From: Raja brachyura
Lineage: Eukaryota
Length of the DNA: 64,000 nucleotides
Direction: 5' to 3'
Assembly: GCA_963514005.1 (NCBI GenBank)
Contig: OY740783.1
Coordinates: forward strand, 6,076,001-6,140,000
Numbering within the stretch: the first letter of the stretch is position 1; each line of letters begins with the position of its first letter. The position numbers and the translations under genes were made by a program. Below the pieces are notes generated by a model. The model was given only the letters and a program-made list of their open reading frames with translations, was not told the DNA's origin and searched no databases. Positions 12,526 to 26,527 of this stretch are shown in pieces.

Positions 12526-13380
12526 AATTTCTGAAATATTGGTCATAACTTTGGTGCAAAAATGCTCCAAAATAAGGCTCAGAATGCATCAGAGAGCATC
12601 TAAAACCCCTGCATTGAGGGACTTCAAGCTTTGCGCTCGTGATGTGCGCAGCGCGGACATTATTTCACATTAACATTTTTGTAATCCTGTCATGCCACCC
12701 CCCGTTTTGAAAAGCCTGATAATCCTGTCCGGGAAATCTCAGGTCACTTTACTATTGCTGCCAGTAGTGGCCAGAAAATAATCCATCTGGTCAGTTGCGA
12801 AAAACACATTGAGGAACATTGTTTTTGTGTTTATTTCAGATGTGAGCGCACCTGGACGCGACCGGCGCATTGATGTAAATAATCTCAGAAATAGAAGTCC
12901 CAGATTAGAACACTGACAGACAGAAACAGAATCTAATTGTCCCTACCAACGCAGTTCAGAATTATGCCGTGCGCCATGCAAATCTACAACCGATTCAAAA
13001 GCATGGTGAATGCTTCAGATGGTTTTCTGCTCGTCATCTGATAATATAATGGAGATTATATCCACGTTCACTTGAGGTAAAGAAATCCAGAACTGGTAGT
13101 TTGTGGGAACATTCCGAAGGCTGGAATGGGGAGGGAACAGTTCCTTGACCCAGCGCTCGCTCCATACCAACATTATTAAACTTCTCACCACGTCTCCCTG
13201 AACTGGCAATACCCGAATATCGATGTGAAGGAAACCATGTTCTGCCTGAGAGGCTGAGGATAGTGTGAGGCGGGAGACTTGTATCAACATGTAATATGTG
13301 TATTCAGTTATCGGATGGAAGTAAAGTAGCCTGAAGCTGGCACATGATGATCCCGGCCTAGTTGTGGGTGATGAGGCTGA

Positions 13381-14695
13381 GAAACATTGAAACATAGAAA
13401 ATAGGTGTAGGACTAGGCCATTCTGACATTCGAGTCAGCACTGCCATTCAACATGATCATGGCTGATCATCGAAAATCAGTACCCCGTCTCTGCTTTTCC
13501 CCATATCCCCGATTCCGTTAGGCATCGGGGCTAAATCTAACTCTCTCTTGAAAACATTCAATAAATTAGTAAGTAATTTAAAAAATAAATAAAAATTTAT
13601 ATAGCACTTTCTAAATTTGGCCTCCACTGCCTTCTGTGGCAGAGAATTTCACAGATTCACAATTCTCTGAGTGAAAAAGGTTTTCCTCATCTCAGTAATA
13701 AATGACCTACACCCTATTCAGAAACTGTGACCCCTGGTTCTGGACTTCTCAAACAACGGGAACATTTTTCCTGCACCTAGCCTGTCCAATCCCTTAAGGA
13801 TTTTATATGTTTCTATAAGATCCCCTCTCATCCTTCTAAATTCCAGTGAATACAAGCCCAGTCGACCCATTCTTTCATCCCACATCAGTCCCGCTGTCCC
13901 GCAATCCTGGGAATAAACCTGGGGAACCTACGCTGCACTCCCTCAATAGCAAGAATGTCCTTCTTCAAATTAGGAGACTAGAACTGCACACAATACTCAA
14001 GGTGTGGTCTCACCACGGACCTGTACAATTGCTGTAGAACCTCCTAGCTCCTAATCTCAAATCCTCTCGCAGTGAAGGCCAACATTCTATTGCCTTTCTT
14101 CACGGCCTGCTGTACCTGCATGCTTACTTTCAGTGACTGATGTACAAGGACACCCAGGTCTCGTTTAACCTCTCCATTTCCTAACCTGACACCATTCGGA
14201 TAATAATCCACCTTCCTGGTCTTGCCACCAAAGTGGATAACCTCACATTTATCCACATTATACTGTAGCTGCCATGCATCTGCCCAGTCTCCCAACCTAT
14301 CCAAGTCACCCTGCAGCCTCATAGCATCCTCCTGTCAGTTCACTCTGCCACCCATCTCTGTCATCCGTAAACTTGGAGATGTTATATTTAATTCCCATCG
14401 TCTAATTCATTAATATATATTATAAGCAACTGGGGCCCCAGCACTGTGCCTTGCGGCAACCCACTAGTCTCTCCCTGCCATTCTGAAAAGGACCTGTTAA
14501 TTCCTACTCTTTGATTCATGTCTGCTAACCAGTTCTCTATGGGTGTCAATACACCATCCCTAATACCATGAGCTCTAATTCTGCGCACTAATCTCTTTTG
14601 TGGGACTTTTTCGAAAGTCCAGATATACTACATCAACTGGCTCTCCCTTATCCATTCTACTTGTTACATCCTTAAAAAAAGTCCAGAAGTTTAGT
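13381..14695 (-). mobile_element. HER1/CR1 RT and 3' fragment
   Basis: Minus ORFs LQGDLDRLGDWADAWQ and PQGTVLGPQL; tail at 13381. Confidence 0.85.
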
Positions 14696-15034
14696 CTGTC
14701 CCAGTGTATTTCATACAAAAGAGTCAAATGGGCTTTGTCATTGGGTCTCGTCAATGGTCACCCACCCCTATAATATTTGTTTATAACAGTTGTAGGGGCT
14801 TTTATCCATATATGAGCAGCACATTCCTCTGCCCTTGTAGAATATACAATACGTGGGTGTGCACATGGATTGCAGAATTGGTCGATTTGTAAAACGTCTG
14901 TGTTCTCTGGCCAAGGAACATGGAATCCAGACTCCCGCTGATCATCCCAAGGAATTGTTTAAGAAGGAACTACAGATGCTGGATTGAATGCAGTCAGATG
15001 CAGTGTGAAGAAGGGTCTCGACCCGAAACGTGAC

Positions 15035-16835
15035 CCGTGGCTGACAAGGGACGTCAGGGACAGGATAAAAATAAAAGAGAAGAAGTACAACACAGCAAAG
15101 ATGAGCGGGAAGCAAGAGAATTGGGTAATGTTTAAAGAGCAACAGAAGATAACTAAAAAGACAATACAGGGAGAAAAGATAAGTATGAAGGAAAGCTAGC
15201 CAAGAATATAAAGGAGGATAGTAAAATGTTATTGTCTATGTTTCTATGTTTCTAAAAGTTTCTTTTGGTATGTGAAGAGGAAATGATTAGTTAAGACCAA
15301 AGTTGGACCCTTGAAGACCAAAAAGGGTGAATTTATTATGGGGAACAAGGAAATGGCAGATGAGTTGAACAGGTACTTTGGATCTGTCTTCACTAAGGAG
15401 GACACACACAATCTTCCTGATAATAATGCCCATAGGATCTGGGGTGACGGAGGAACTGAAGGAAATCCACATGAGGCAAGAAATTATGTTGGGTAGACTG
15501 ATGGGACTGAAGGCTGATAAATCCCAAGGGCCTGATGGTCTGCATTCCAGGGTACTTAAGGAAGTGGCTCTAGAAATCGTGGATGCATTGGTGATAATTT
15601 TCCAATGTTCTATAGACTCAGGATCAGTTCTTGTGGATCATGTTTGACTAATCTTCTGGAATCTTTTGAGGATGTAACAAGGAAAATGGACATGGGAGGG
15701 CCAGTGGATGTAGTGTACCTGGACTTTCGGAAAGCATTTGATAAGGTCCCACATAGGAGTTTAGTGGGCAAAATTAGAGCACATGGTATTGGTGGTAGAG
15801 TGCTGACATGGACCGAAAATTGGTTGGCAGACAGGAAACAAAGAGTAGGGATTAACGGGTCCCTCTCAGAATGGCAGGTTTGACTAGCGGGGTACCGCAT
15901 GGCTCCGAGCTGGGACCGCAGCTATTTACAATATACATCAATGATTTACTTGAAGGGATTCAGCAAATTTCAGCAAAATAAGTAATTTCAGCAAATTTGC
16001 AGATGACACAAAACTGGGTGGCAGTGTGAACTGTGAAGGGGGTGCTATGAGAATGCCATGGAGACTTGGACAGGTTGGTTGAGTGGGCAGATGCATGGCA
16101 GATGCAGTTTAATGTGGATAAATGTGAGGTTATCCACTTTGGTAGCAATAACAGCAAGGCAGATTATTATCTAAATGGCGTCAAGTTGGGAAAAGTGAAA
16201 GTACAATGGGATCTGGGGATCTTTGTTCATCAGTCTATGAAAGTAAGCATGCAGGTACAGCAGGTAGTGAAGAAAGCGAATGGCCTTTATAACAAGCGGA
16301 GTTGAGTAGAGGAGCAAAGAGACCCTCAAGAGAGAGTGCAGTGTAGGTTTACAAGATTTATTCCTGGGATGACGGGACTGTCATATGCTGAGAGAATGGA
16401 ATGGCTGGGCTCGTATACTCTGGAGTTTAGAAGGATGAGAGTAGATCTTATTGAAACATATACAATTATTAAGGGTTTAGACATGCTAGGGCAGGAAACA
16501 TGTTCCCGATGTTGGGGGACTCCGGAACCAGGGGCCACAGCTTAAGAAAAAGGGATAAGCCATTTAGAACAGAGATGAGGAAACACTTTTTCTCACAGAG
16601 TTGGGTCTGTGGAATTCTCTGCCTCAGAGGCCGGTTCTCTGGATACTTTCAAGGGAGAGCCAGATAGGGCTCTTAAAGATAGTGAAGTCAGGGGACATGG
16701 GGAGAATGCAGGAACGGGGTACTGATTGGGGATGATCAGCCATGATCACATTGAATGGCGGTACTGGCTCAAAGGGCCGAATGGTCTACTCCTGCACCTA
16801 TTGTCTATTGTGTTTTGTCTATTTTCTATTGTCTA
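15035..16835 (+). mobile_element. HER1/CR1 ORF2 fragment with deletions
   Basis: ORFs GNKEMADELN, YLDFRKAFDKVPH, EWADAWQM; 3' tail. Confidence 0.85.
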
Positions 16836-17509
16836 AACAGATTCCACACAGAATCTCAGAGACATTGATGCCCACTGTACACGTGAAAACTAATCCCAAT
16901 CAAACACAGTTGCCGGGATACACATGATCAGAATTGATATTCTTGACAATTTAAACAAAATGATGCAGCATGTAACCAATAAGATTGGTAGCTGGAAGTT
17001 TGCGAGATCTGTTGCTAGGTAGTTTTTTATTTTGTTAGTTGTTATTCACCACCAGAGTTTTCAGTGCTTGAGCAGCAGAAAGAAAACGCCTGATTTAGCA
17101 ACACGGTCGACACAGGTGTTTCCGTTCAATTACATAGGAAGCTCTTACCCATTGTTCACAATGAAATGTTTTTCTTCGGCCACAGAAAATGTAGCAGAGG
17201 GGGGTTAATCTGATTCGGCAGAAACTTCAATGCATTCGTTCCTTATGCTATTAGTCATTTTATCATTTATTCCATTCATGATAATAATGACAATTTGTGC
17301 AGACCCACATAAACACAAACAATTAGAGAGAAGTATGAGGCGTTAATAAAGTTAATTTAGTTTTCCCCACTATGATGTAATGGACTATTGTAGTCTTGTG
17401 GAGGAAATGGGTAAGATGATCGATATGTTACCGAATTAAAAATTACATAGGCAGACAAAAGGTAACAGATAAATTGCATGTGTGTGCCGTTCGATCTCAG
17501 ATCACAGGT

Positions 17510-20500
17510 TAGAAACATAGAAACTTAGAAATTAGGTGAGGCGTAGGCCAGCACCACCATTCATAGAATCATAGAAAATAGGTGCAGGAGTAGGCCATTC
17601 GGCCCTTCGAACCTGCACCACCATTCAATATCCTCCCCCAGAACTGGTTCCAATGCCCGAATATGATAATTGCTGACCATCCAAAATCTGTACCCCGTTC
17701 CAGCTTTTTCCCCATATCCCTTTATTCCTTTAGCGCTAAAAGCTAAATCTAACTCTCTTGAAAACACCCAATGACTTGGCCTCCACTGCCTCTGGCAGAA
17801 AATTCCACAGTTTTTCCGCACCTCAGTCCTAAATGGCCTATCCATTAATCTTAAACTGTGACCCCTGGTTCTGGACTCCCCCAACATCGGGACCATTATG
17901 CCTGCATCTGTCCTGTCCAATCCTCCAAGAATGTTATATCTTTCTATAAGATCCCCCCTCATCCTACTAAATTCTAGCCCAGTCGACGCATTCTTTCATC
18001 ATATATCAGTCCCGCCATCCCGGGAATTAACATGCTGAATATAATGTGATTAGTTTTAATCTACAATTTGAGAAGGAGAAGGTTAAATCGGAAGTGTCAG
18101 TGATGCAGTTGAACAAAGGGAACTATGAAGGCATGAGAGAGGAGCTGGCCAAGGTAGACTGGAAAGGAATCCCAGCAGGAATGACAGTGGAACAGCAATG
18201 GCAGGAATTTCTGGGCATAATCCGGAAGTCGCAGGATCATTTCACTCCCAAAAGAATGAAAGATTCTAAGGGGAGTAAAAGGCTGACAAGGGAAGTTAGG
18301 AATAGAATAAAATATGTATAACACAGCAAAGAGCAGCCGGAAACCAGAGGATTGGGAAACTTTCATAGGATAAGAGAAGGAAACAAAATGGGCAATACAG
18401 GCTGAAAAGATGAAGTACGAAGGGAAGCTGGCCAGGAATGTAAAGGACAGTAAAAGCTTCTTTCGATACGTTAAAGGAAAAAGTGAGTGAGTGCTACCAA
18501 AGTTGATAACCTCACATTTATCCGCATTAAACTTCATCTGCCATGCATCTACCCACTCACCCAACTTGTCCTAGTCACCCTGCATTCTAATAACATCCTC
18601 CTCACGGTTCACACTGTCGCCCAGCTTTGTGTCATCTGCAAATTTGCTAATGTTACTTTGAATCCCATCATCCAAATCATTGATGTATATAGTAAATAGC
18701 TACGGTCCCAGCACCGAGCCTTGCGGTACCCCACTAGTCACTGCCCGCCATTCTGAAAGGGTCACGTTAATCCCTACTCTTTGTTTCCTGTCTGCCAACC
18801 AATTTTGTATCAATTTCAGCACTCTACCCCCAATAACCCCTATGCCCTAATTTTGCCCACTAATCTCTTCTGAAGTCCAGGTACACTACATCCGCTCGCT
18901 CTCCCTTGTCCAGTTTCCTAGATACATCCTCAAAAATTTCCAGAAGATTAGTCAAGCATGATTTCCCCTTCGTAAAGCCATGCTGACTCGAACCGATCCT
19001 CTTACTACTATCCAAGTGTGCGGTTATTTCATCTTTTATAAATTGACTCAAGCATCTTCCCCGATGTCAGGCTAACTGGTCTATAATTCACTGTCTTCTC
19101 TCTCTCCTTCCTTAAAAAGTGGGATAACATTAGCTACCCTGCAATCCACAGGAACTGATCCTGAGTCTATAGAACATTGGAAAATTATCACCAATGCATC
19201 CACGATTTCTAGAGCCACTTGCTTAAGAAGCCTGGGATGCAGACGATTAGGCTCTGGGGATTTATCAGCCTTCAGTCCCATCAGTCTACCCAACACCATT
19301 TCTTGCCTAATGTGGATTTCCTTCAGTTCCCCTGTCACCCCAGATCCTCTGGCCACTACTATATCAGGAAGATTGGTTGTGTCCTCCTTAGTGAAGACGG
19401 ATCCAAAGTACCTGTTCAACTCATCTGCCATTTCCTTGTTCCCCATAATAAATTAACCTTTTTCGGTCTTCAAGGGTGCAACTTTGGTCTTAACTAATTT
19501 TTTCCTCTTCACATACTTAAATAAGCTTTATATCCACCTTTATATTCTTGGCTAGTTTACCTTTGTGCCTCATCTTTTCTCCCTGAATTGTCTTTTTAGC
19601 ATCTTTTTGCTCTTTAAACATTCCCCAATCCTCTTGCTTCCCGCTCAAGTTTGCTATGTTGTACTTCTTTTCTTTTATTTTATACTGTCCCTGATGTCCC
19701 TTGTCAGCCACGGTCACCCCTTACTCCCCTTGGAATCTTTCTTCCTCATAGGAATGAACTGATCCTGCACCTTCTGTATTATTCCTAGAAATACCTGCCA
19801 TTGTTGTTCCACTGTCATCCCTGCTGGTGTATCTTCCCAGTCAACGTTGGCCAGCTCCTCCCTCATGGCCCCATAGTCCCCTTTATTCAACTGTAACACT
19901 AACACCTCCGATCTACCCTTCTCCCTCTCCAATTGTAGATTAAACCTGGCCATATTATGGTCACTACCTCTTATGGCTCATTAACCTCAAGTTCCTTTAT
20001 TAAATCCGGTTCATTACATAACACTAAATCCAGAATTGCCTTCTCCCTGGTAGGCTCCAACACAAGCTGTTCCAAGAATCCATCACAAAGGCACTCGACA
20101 GAGTCCCTTCCTTGGGGTCCAGTACCAACCTGATTTTCACAGTCTACCTGCATGTTAAAATCTCCCATAACAACCACAGCATTAGTTTTACTACATGCCA
20201 ATTTTAACTCCTCATTCAACTTGCGCCCTATGTCCAGGCTGCTGTTTGGGGGCCTGTAGATTAGTCCCATTAGGGTATTTTTACCCTTACAATTGCACAG
20301 TTCTATCCATACTGACTCCACATCTCCTGTTTCAATCTCACCCCTTGCAAGGGACTGAATTTCATTCCTCATCAACAGGGCAACCCCACCCCCTCTGCCC
20401 ACCTGTCTGTCTTTTTGATAGAAGGTATACCCTTGAATATTCAGTTCCCAGCCCTGGCCCTCTTGCAGCCATGTCTCTGTAATTCCCACAACATCATACT

Positions 20501-22400
20501 TGCCAGTTTCTAACTGAGCCTCAAGCTCATCCACTTTATTTCAAATCTTCGTGCATTCATATACAACACTTTGACCTCCATATACATGTTCCCCCTCGCA
20601 CCGCTCGTAATTGGCCCTAACCATACTCTTTTATCCCTTCTCGAACTTTCCTTCCCATTAATCCAAGAATCTTTTGTAATTTTTCCTGCACTCACTTCCC
20701 CTTCAGTTCCATCTTTATACTCCCAATTTGTCAATCCCCCCCCCCAACCCACTACTTAATTTAAACCCACACATGTAGCCCTAGCAAACCTGCCTGCCAG
20801 AATGTCGCCCCCCCCCTCCAGTTAAGGTGTAACCCGTCCCTTTTGTACAGGTCACCCCTACACCAGAAGAGTTCCCAGTGGTCTATAAATCAAAATTCTT
20901 GCTCCCTGCTCCAGCCCCTCAGCCACACATTCAGATCCCCTATCTCCCTGTTCCTGTCCTCACTAGCACGAGGTACTGGAAGCAATCCAGAGATAACCAC
21001 CCAAGCAGTCCAGCATTTCAGTCTTCTTCCCAGCCTCCTTCCTCTTCTTCCCGATGTCGTTTGTGCCTACGTGCACAACTACTGCCGGATGTTCACCTTC
21101 TCTCTCGAGGATGTTCTGAATTTGGCTCATCACATCTTGAACCCTAGCAACAGACCATCCTCGTGTCTCGTCTGCCGCCACGGAATCTCCTGTCTGCTCC
21201 TCGGACAATGGAGTCCCACACCATTAGGGCTCTGCCCGTTGCTGGTTGAGTCCCATCTCTAGGATTGGAGCCACCGACGTGTCCGCCGCTCGGACTGGAA
21301 GCAGTGTCTCCCCTGACAGATCCCAAGAGGGCGTACCTGTTTTCATTAGGCACAGCCACCTGGGTCTCCTGCATTCCACGGTTACCATCCTGTCTCTCAG
21401 TCACACACCTTGGTTCTTACCGTATCCTCGGCCTGACAACCTCACTGTAGGTCCTTTCCAGGAAACTCTCACTTTCCCGGATGGCCCTGAGGTCATCCAG
21501 CTGCTTCTCCAATACCCCAATATGATCCTTCAGGAGCTGAACCTGGATGCACTTGCCACAGTTTTAGCAGCCAGAGGCTCCATCCATGTCGCTGGGCTCC
21601 CACATCCTGCAAACATCACACTGCCTCATAGGTTCAGTGCAGCGTAGGTTCACGAGATTGATCCCTGGGATGGCGGGACTGTCATATGAGGAAAGATTGA
21701 AAAGACTAGGCTTGTATTCACTGGAGTTTAGAAGGATGAGGGGGATTCTTATAGAAATATATAAAATTATAAAAGGACTGAACAAGCTAGAAGCAGGAAT
21801 TTTTTTCCCAATGTTGGGTGAGTCCAGAACCAGGGGCCACAGACTTAGAATAAAGGGGAGGTCATTTAAGACTGAGTTGAGAAAAAACGTTTTCGCCCAG
21901 AGAGTTGTGAATTTATGGAATTCCCTGCCACAGACGGCAGTGGAGGCCAAATCCCTGGATGGATTTAAGAGAGAGTTAGATAGAGCTCTAGGGGCTAGTA
22001 GAGTCAAGGAATATGGGGAGAAGGCAGGCACGGGTTATTGATTGGGGACGATCAGCCATGATCACAATGAATGACGGTGCTGGCTCGAAGGGCCAAATGG
22101 CCTCCTCCTGCACCTATTTTCTATGTTTCATCTTACCGCGTCTCGTCCTTTCCAGCTTTTTGCGTAGCCTCCTCTCCAAATACTATCGAGCCAAAAATTT
22201 AGACTTTCCTCACTGCCGCTCCCCGAGAGCAGCTTACTCACATTGACTGATAAATTGCCTAATTTACCACTATACAAACCAAATTCCTCAGTTTTAAACT
22301 GTTTTTCCCCTGTGACTTACTCACCTTTCCCACGGGTTTCAGCCAATAAGCTCTTCTCCCTGCTTCTCTTTGATTGCTGCTTGTCCAAGATCCACGTTAG
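17510..22400 (-). mobile_element. Long rearranged HER1/CR1 including 5'UTR, ORF1 (zinc finger plus SGNH esterase) and ORF2; nested plus-strand pieces at 18040-18485 and 21631-22128
   Basis: Minus ORFs CDVCRMWE, WDSIVRG, VVHVGTND, GITETWL, GDFN, YLDFR. Confidence 0.82.
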
Positions 22401-22734
22401 CACTGGGCTTCGTCAAGGGTTACCCTCCCCTATAATATTTGTTTGAAAAACAATTGTGGGGGCTCTGCTCAGTATATGAGCAGTACATTCCTCTGCTCTT
22501 GTAGAATTTGAACGAACAATGTTCACGGAGATAACCATGTATTTACCAGTGGTGTCATTGCCCCCAAAGTGACTCCAGCGGATACACCGATAATACTTAG
22601 CTGTGATTAAATGGTTAAATCAAGGACGGGTTCTATCTGTGCAAAGAAATTGACTTTTGACTGAACTGTCATCGATGTCAGTTCAATAGACAATTTTCGG
22701 TGCCAGAAACATGGCGGCTCTTTGTGCATTACTT

Positions 22735-23232
22735 ATAACCATATAACCATATAACAATTACAGCACGGAAACAGGCCCTCTCGGCCCTTCCAGTCCGTAC
22801 CGACCATTTATTTTCCCCTCGTCCCATCTACCTGCACTCAGACCATACCCCTCCATTCCCTTCCCGTCCATATACCTATCTACTTTACTTTTATATGTTA
22901 AAATCGATCCTGCCTCCACCACTTCTGCTGGAAGCTCATTCCACACAGCCACCACTCTCTGAGTAAAGAAGTTCCCCCTCATGTTACCCCAAAACTTCTG
23001 TCCCTTAATTCTCATGTCATGCCCTCTTGTTTAAATCTTCCCTACCCTCAATGGGAAAAGCTTATCCACGTCAACTCTGTCTATCCATTTCATCATTCTA
23101 AAGACCTCAATCAAGTCCCCCTTAACCTTCTGCGCTCCAAAGAATAAAGACCTAACTTGTTCAACCTTTCTCTGTAACTTAGTTGCTGGAACCCAGGCAA
23201 CATTCTAGTAAATCTCCTCTGTACTCTCTCTA
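22735..23232 (-). mobile_element. CR1 3' end with (TTATATGG)n tail
   Basis: ORF FFTQRVVAVWNELP; ataaccatataacc repeats. Confidence 0.8.
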
Positions 23233-24149
23233 GGACTTAGGTGAGGTCTGCTGTGTGATTTTACTGGATTGTATCCAAAAATAAAGAATTTCACTGTACC
23301 TAGCTGCACGTGGCAATAAAGTATCATTGAATCATTGTATCGTTGTATTGCGGTGCATTAATTTACTAAAACAAAGTGAAATATAAATTAATTAACAATT
23401 AAATCATAGAGGTTGATAGATTTAACATCAGGGCATGGCAGTGCATGCGCCAAAGGAGTATTTCTACCGCACTCAATAGTCAGAAAAAGATGACTGGTGC
23501 AGGAAAATACGCGGGGGTGCACATGGATCACAGCATTGGTCGATTTGTTTAATGTCTGTGTCCTCTGGCTAAAGTACATGGAATTCGGACCCTACTGATC
23601 ATCCCAGATATGTTTTACATTTTCACACACGCCTACATTATATCACCCAGTGACCTTCACGCAGAAGAGTTCACTTCATATGTTCTGCTTCAGGGTGCAA
23701 AGGGATACAATGTGGACACCTCTGGCCTTCGCTGAGCTGGAAGATAATCAGCATCCATTCGGTATTTTACTCATTTGCCTTTTGCCTTCCACCACAGTGA
23801 GGAGGTGCCTGGTGAACTCATTGTGGTGGATGTTGGATATGTATTTATTGTGTGTTTTGTTTTTATTATATGTATGACTGTATGGTAACAATTTAGTTCA
23901 GACCGTTAGGTCTGAATGACAATAAAGGAATCTAATCTAATCTAATCTAATCTAATTTTTACTCGGGTCACTATCTGTGTGGTGCGTGACTAGCAATCAT
24001 ACCCACTATATGAACTACCTTATAACTGTGTGTCAGATAATCTCTAAACCGAGTCCATACAGAATCCAAGAGACATCGATTCTCACTGTACACATGATAG
24101 CTGATCACAATCAAACACAGTACCCGGGATATACATGATCAAAATCATG

Positions 24150-24578
24150 GATGGACTCGGTTTATACTCTCTAGAATTTAGAAGATTGAGAGGGGATCTT
24201 ATAGAAACTTACAAAATTCTTAAGGGGTTGGACAGGCTAGATGCAGGAAGATTGTTCCCGATGTTGGGGAAGTCCAGGACAAGGGGTCACAGCTTAAGGA
24301 TAAGGGGGAAATACTTTAAGACCGAGATGAGAAATACTTTTTTCACATAGAGAGTGGTGCGTCTCTGGAACTCTCTGCCACAGAGGGTAGTTGAGGCCAG
24401 TTCATTGGCTATATTTAAGAGGGAGTTAGATGTGGCCCTTGTGGCTAAGGGGATCAGAGGGTATGGAGAGAAGGCAGGTACGGGATACTGAGTTGGACGA
24501 TCAGCCATGATTATAATGAATGGCGGTGCAGGCTCGAAGGGCCGAATGGCCTACTCCTGCACCTATTTTCTATGTTTC
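24150..24578 (+). mobile_element. HER1 3' fragment
   Basis: LYSLEFRRLRGDLIE and tail; interrupts a duplicated unique segment. Confidence 0.85.
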
Positions 24579-25114
24579 CAGTGTTTGAGCAGCAGACTGA
24601 AAGCGCCTGATTAATTTAGCAGCACGGTCGACACAGCTGTATCCTTTCAGTTACATGGTGAGCTCTTGCCCATCGACCTCAATATCGCCACAGAAAATAT
24701 AAATGAGGGGGGTTAATCTGGTTCAGCAGAATCTTAATGCATTCCTTCCTTATGGTATTATTCATTTTATTATTTATTCTATGTGCACTCTTATGATAAT
24801 AAGGACCATCTTTGCAGAGCCACATAAACATAAGCAATTAAAGGGAAGTATGAGGCGTTAATAAAATTCATTTAGTTTTCCCCACTTTGATTTAATGTAC
24901 AACAGTAGACGTGTAGAAGACACGGGGAATCTGGTCGATATGTCAGCGAATTAAAATGAATTTGCTATAACATAGGTAGACAAACGGTAACAGATAAATC
25001 ACATGAGTGGGCCGTTCGATCTCAGTTTTTTTGTTTTGAAACATAGAAAGGTAGAAATATAGAAAATATTCCTCAGGAAAATATTTCTGAATTTCCCTGA
25101 GGGGATCAATAAAG

Positions 25115-25116
<2 letters not shown>

Positions 25117-25162
<46 letters not shown>
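25117..25162. repeat. (TTA)n microsatellite
   Basis: Directly visible. Confidence 0.95.
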
Positions 25163-25163
<1 letters not shown>

Positions 25164-25276
25164 AACAGGTGCAGGAGTAGGCCATTCAGCCCTTGGAGCC
25201 TACACCACCATTCAATATGATCATTGCTGATCATCCAAAATCACTACCCTCCTAGAGGACCTATTCCCCAGAACCA

Positions 25277-26527
25277 TTTTCTTGAGGATGTGACAAGTAA
25301 AATGGATGAAGGGGAGCCAGTGAATGTAGTGTATCTAGACTTTCAGAAAGCCTTTGCTAAGGTCCCACACGGGAGACTGGTGACTAAAATTAGAGCACAT
25401 GGTATTGGGGGTAGGGTGTTGATGTGGATAGAAAATTGGTTGGCAGACAGGATGCAAAGAGTAGGAGTGAACGGCTCCTTTTCAGAATGGCAGGCAGTAA
25501 CGAGTGGAGTGCCACAAGGCTCGGTGTTGGGGCCGCAACTGTTTACCACTTATATTAATGATTCGTTAGTGGGAATTAGGAGCAACACTAGCAAGTGTGT
25601 GGATGACACAAAGCTGGGTTGCAGTGTGAACTGTGAAGAGGATGTTAGGAGGTTACTGGGTGACCTGGACAGGTTGAGTGAGTGGGCAGGTGCGTGGCAG
25701 ACACAGTATAATATAGATAAATGTGAGGTTATCCACTTTGGCGGCAAAAACAAGGGGGCAGATTATTATCTCAATGGGGTTAGGTTAGGTAAGGGGGAGG
25801 TACAGCGAGACCTGGGTGTCCTTGTGCACCGGTCACTGAAAGTTGACGTGCAGGTACAGCAGGCAGTGAAGAAAGCTAATGGAATGTTGGCCTTCATAAC
25901 AAGAGGATTTCAGTATAGGAGTAGAGAGGTTCTTCTGCAGTTGTATAGGGCTCTGGTAAGACCACATCTGGAGTATTGTGTACAGTTTTGGTCTCCTAAT
26001 TTGAGGAAGGACGTCCTTGTGATTGAGGTAGTGCCGCGAAGGTTCACGAGATTGATCCCTGGGATGGCCGGACTGTCATATGAGGAAAGATTGAAAAGAC
26101 TAGGCTTGCGTTCACTGGAGTTTAGAAGGATGAGGGGGGATCTTATAAAAACATATACAATTATAAAAGGACTGGATAAGCTAGATGCAGGAAAAATGTT
26201 CCCAATGTTGGGCGAGTCCAGAACCAGAGGGCACAGTCTTAGAATAAAGGGGAGGCTATTTAAGACTGAGGTGAGAAAAAACTTTTTCACCCAGAGAGTT
26301 GTGAATTTGTGGAATTCCCCTGCCACAGAGGGCAGTGGAGGCCAAATCACTGGATGGATTTAAGAGAGAGTTAGATAGAGCTCTAGGGGCTAGTGGCTAT
26401 GGGGAGAATGCAGGCACGGGTTATTGATTCGGGACGATCAGCCATGATCGCAATGAATGGCGGTGCTGGCTCGAAGGGCAAAATGCCCTCCTCCTGCACC
26501 TATTTTCAATGTTTCTATGTTTCTATG
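25277..26527 (+). mobile_element. HER1/CR1 RT and 3' end
   Basis: 379-aa ORF with RT motifs (catalytic motif altered to CVDD). Confidence 0.88.

Noticed and set aside
13015-13395. 126-aa minus ORF, and plus-strand LEWGG/EAEDS words suggesting a V pseudogene
   Set aside because: No Cys/YYC framework, stops in the plus frame and no RSS; the adjacent sequence aligns to a non-coding paralogue near 47.3 kb.
17368-17415. JH-like YDVMDY followed by GTAAG
   Set aside because: No WGxG motif or RSS, and not conserved in the duplicate copy near 24885.
23793-23831. CACAGTG heptamer after a short ORF
   Set aside because: No nonamer at 12 or 23 bp and no V-domain motifs upstream; expected by chance.
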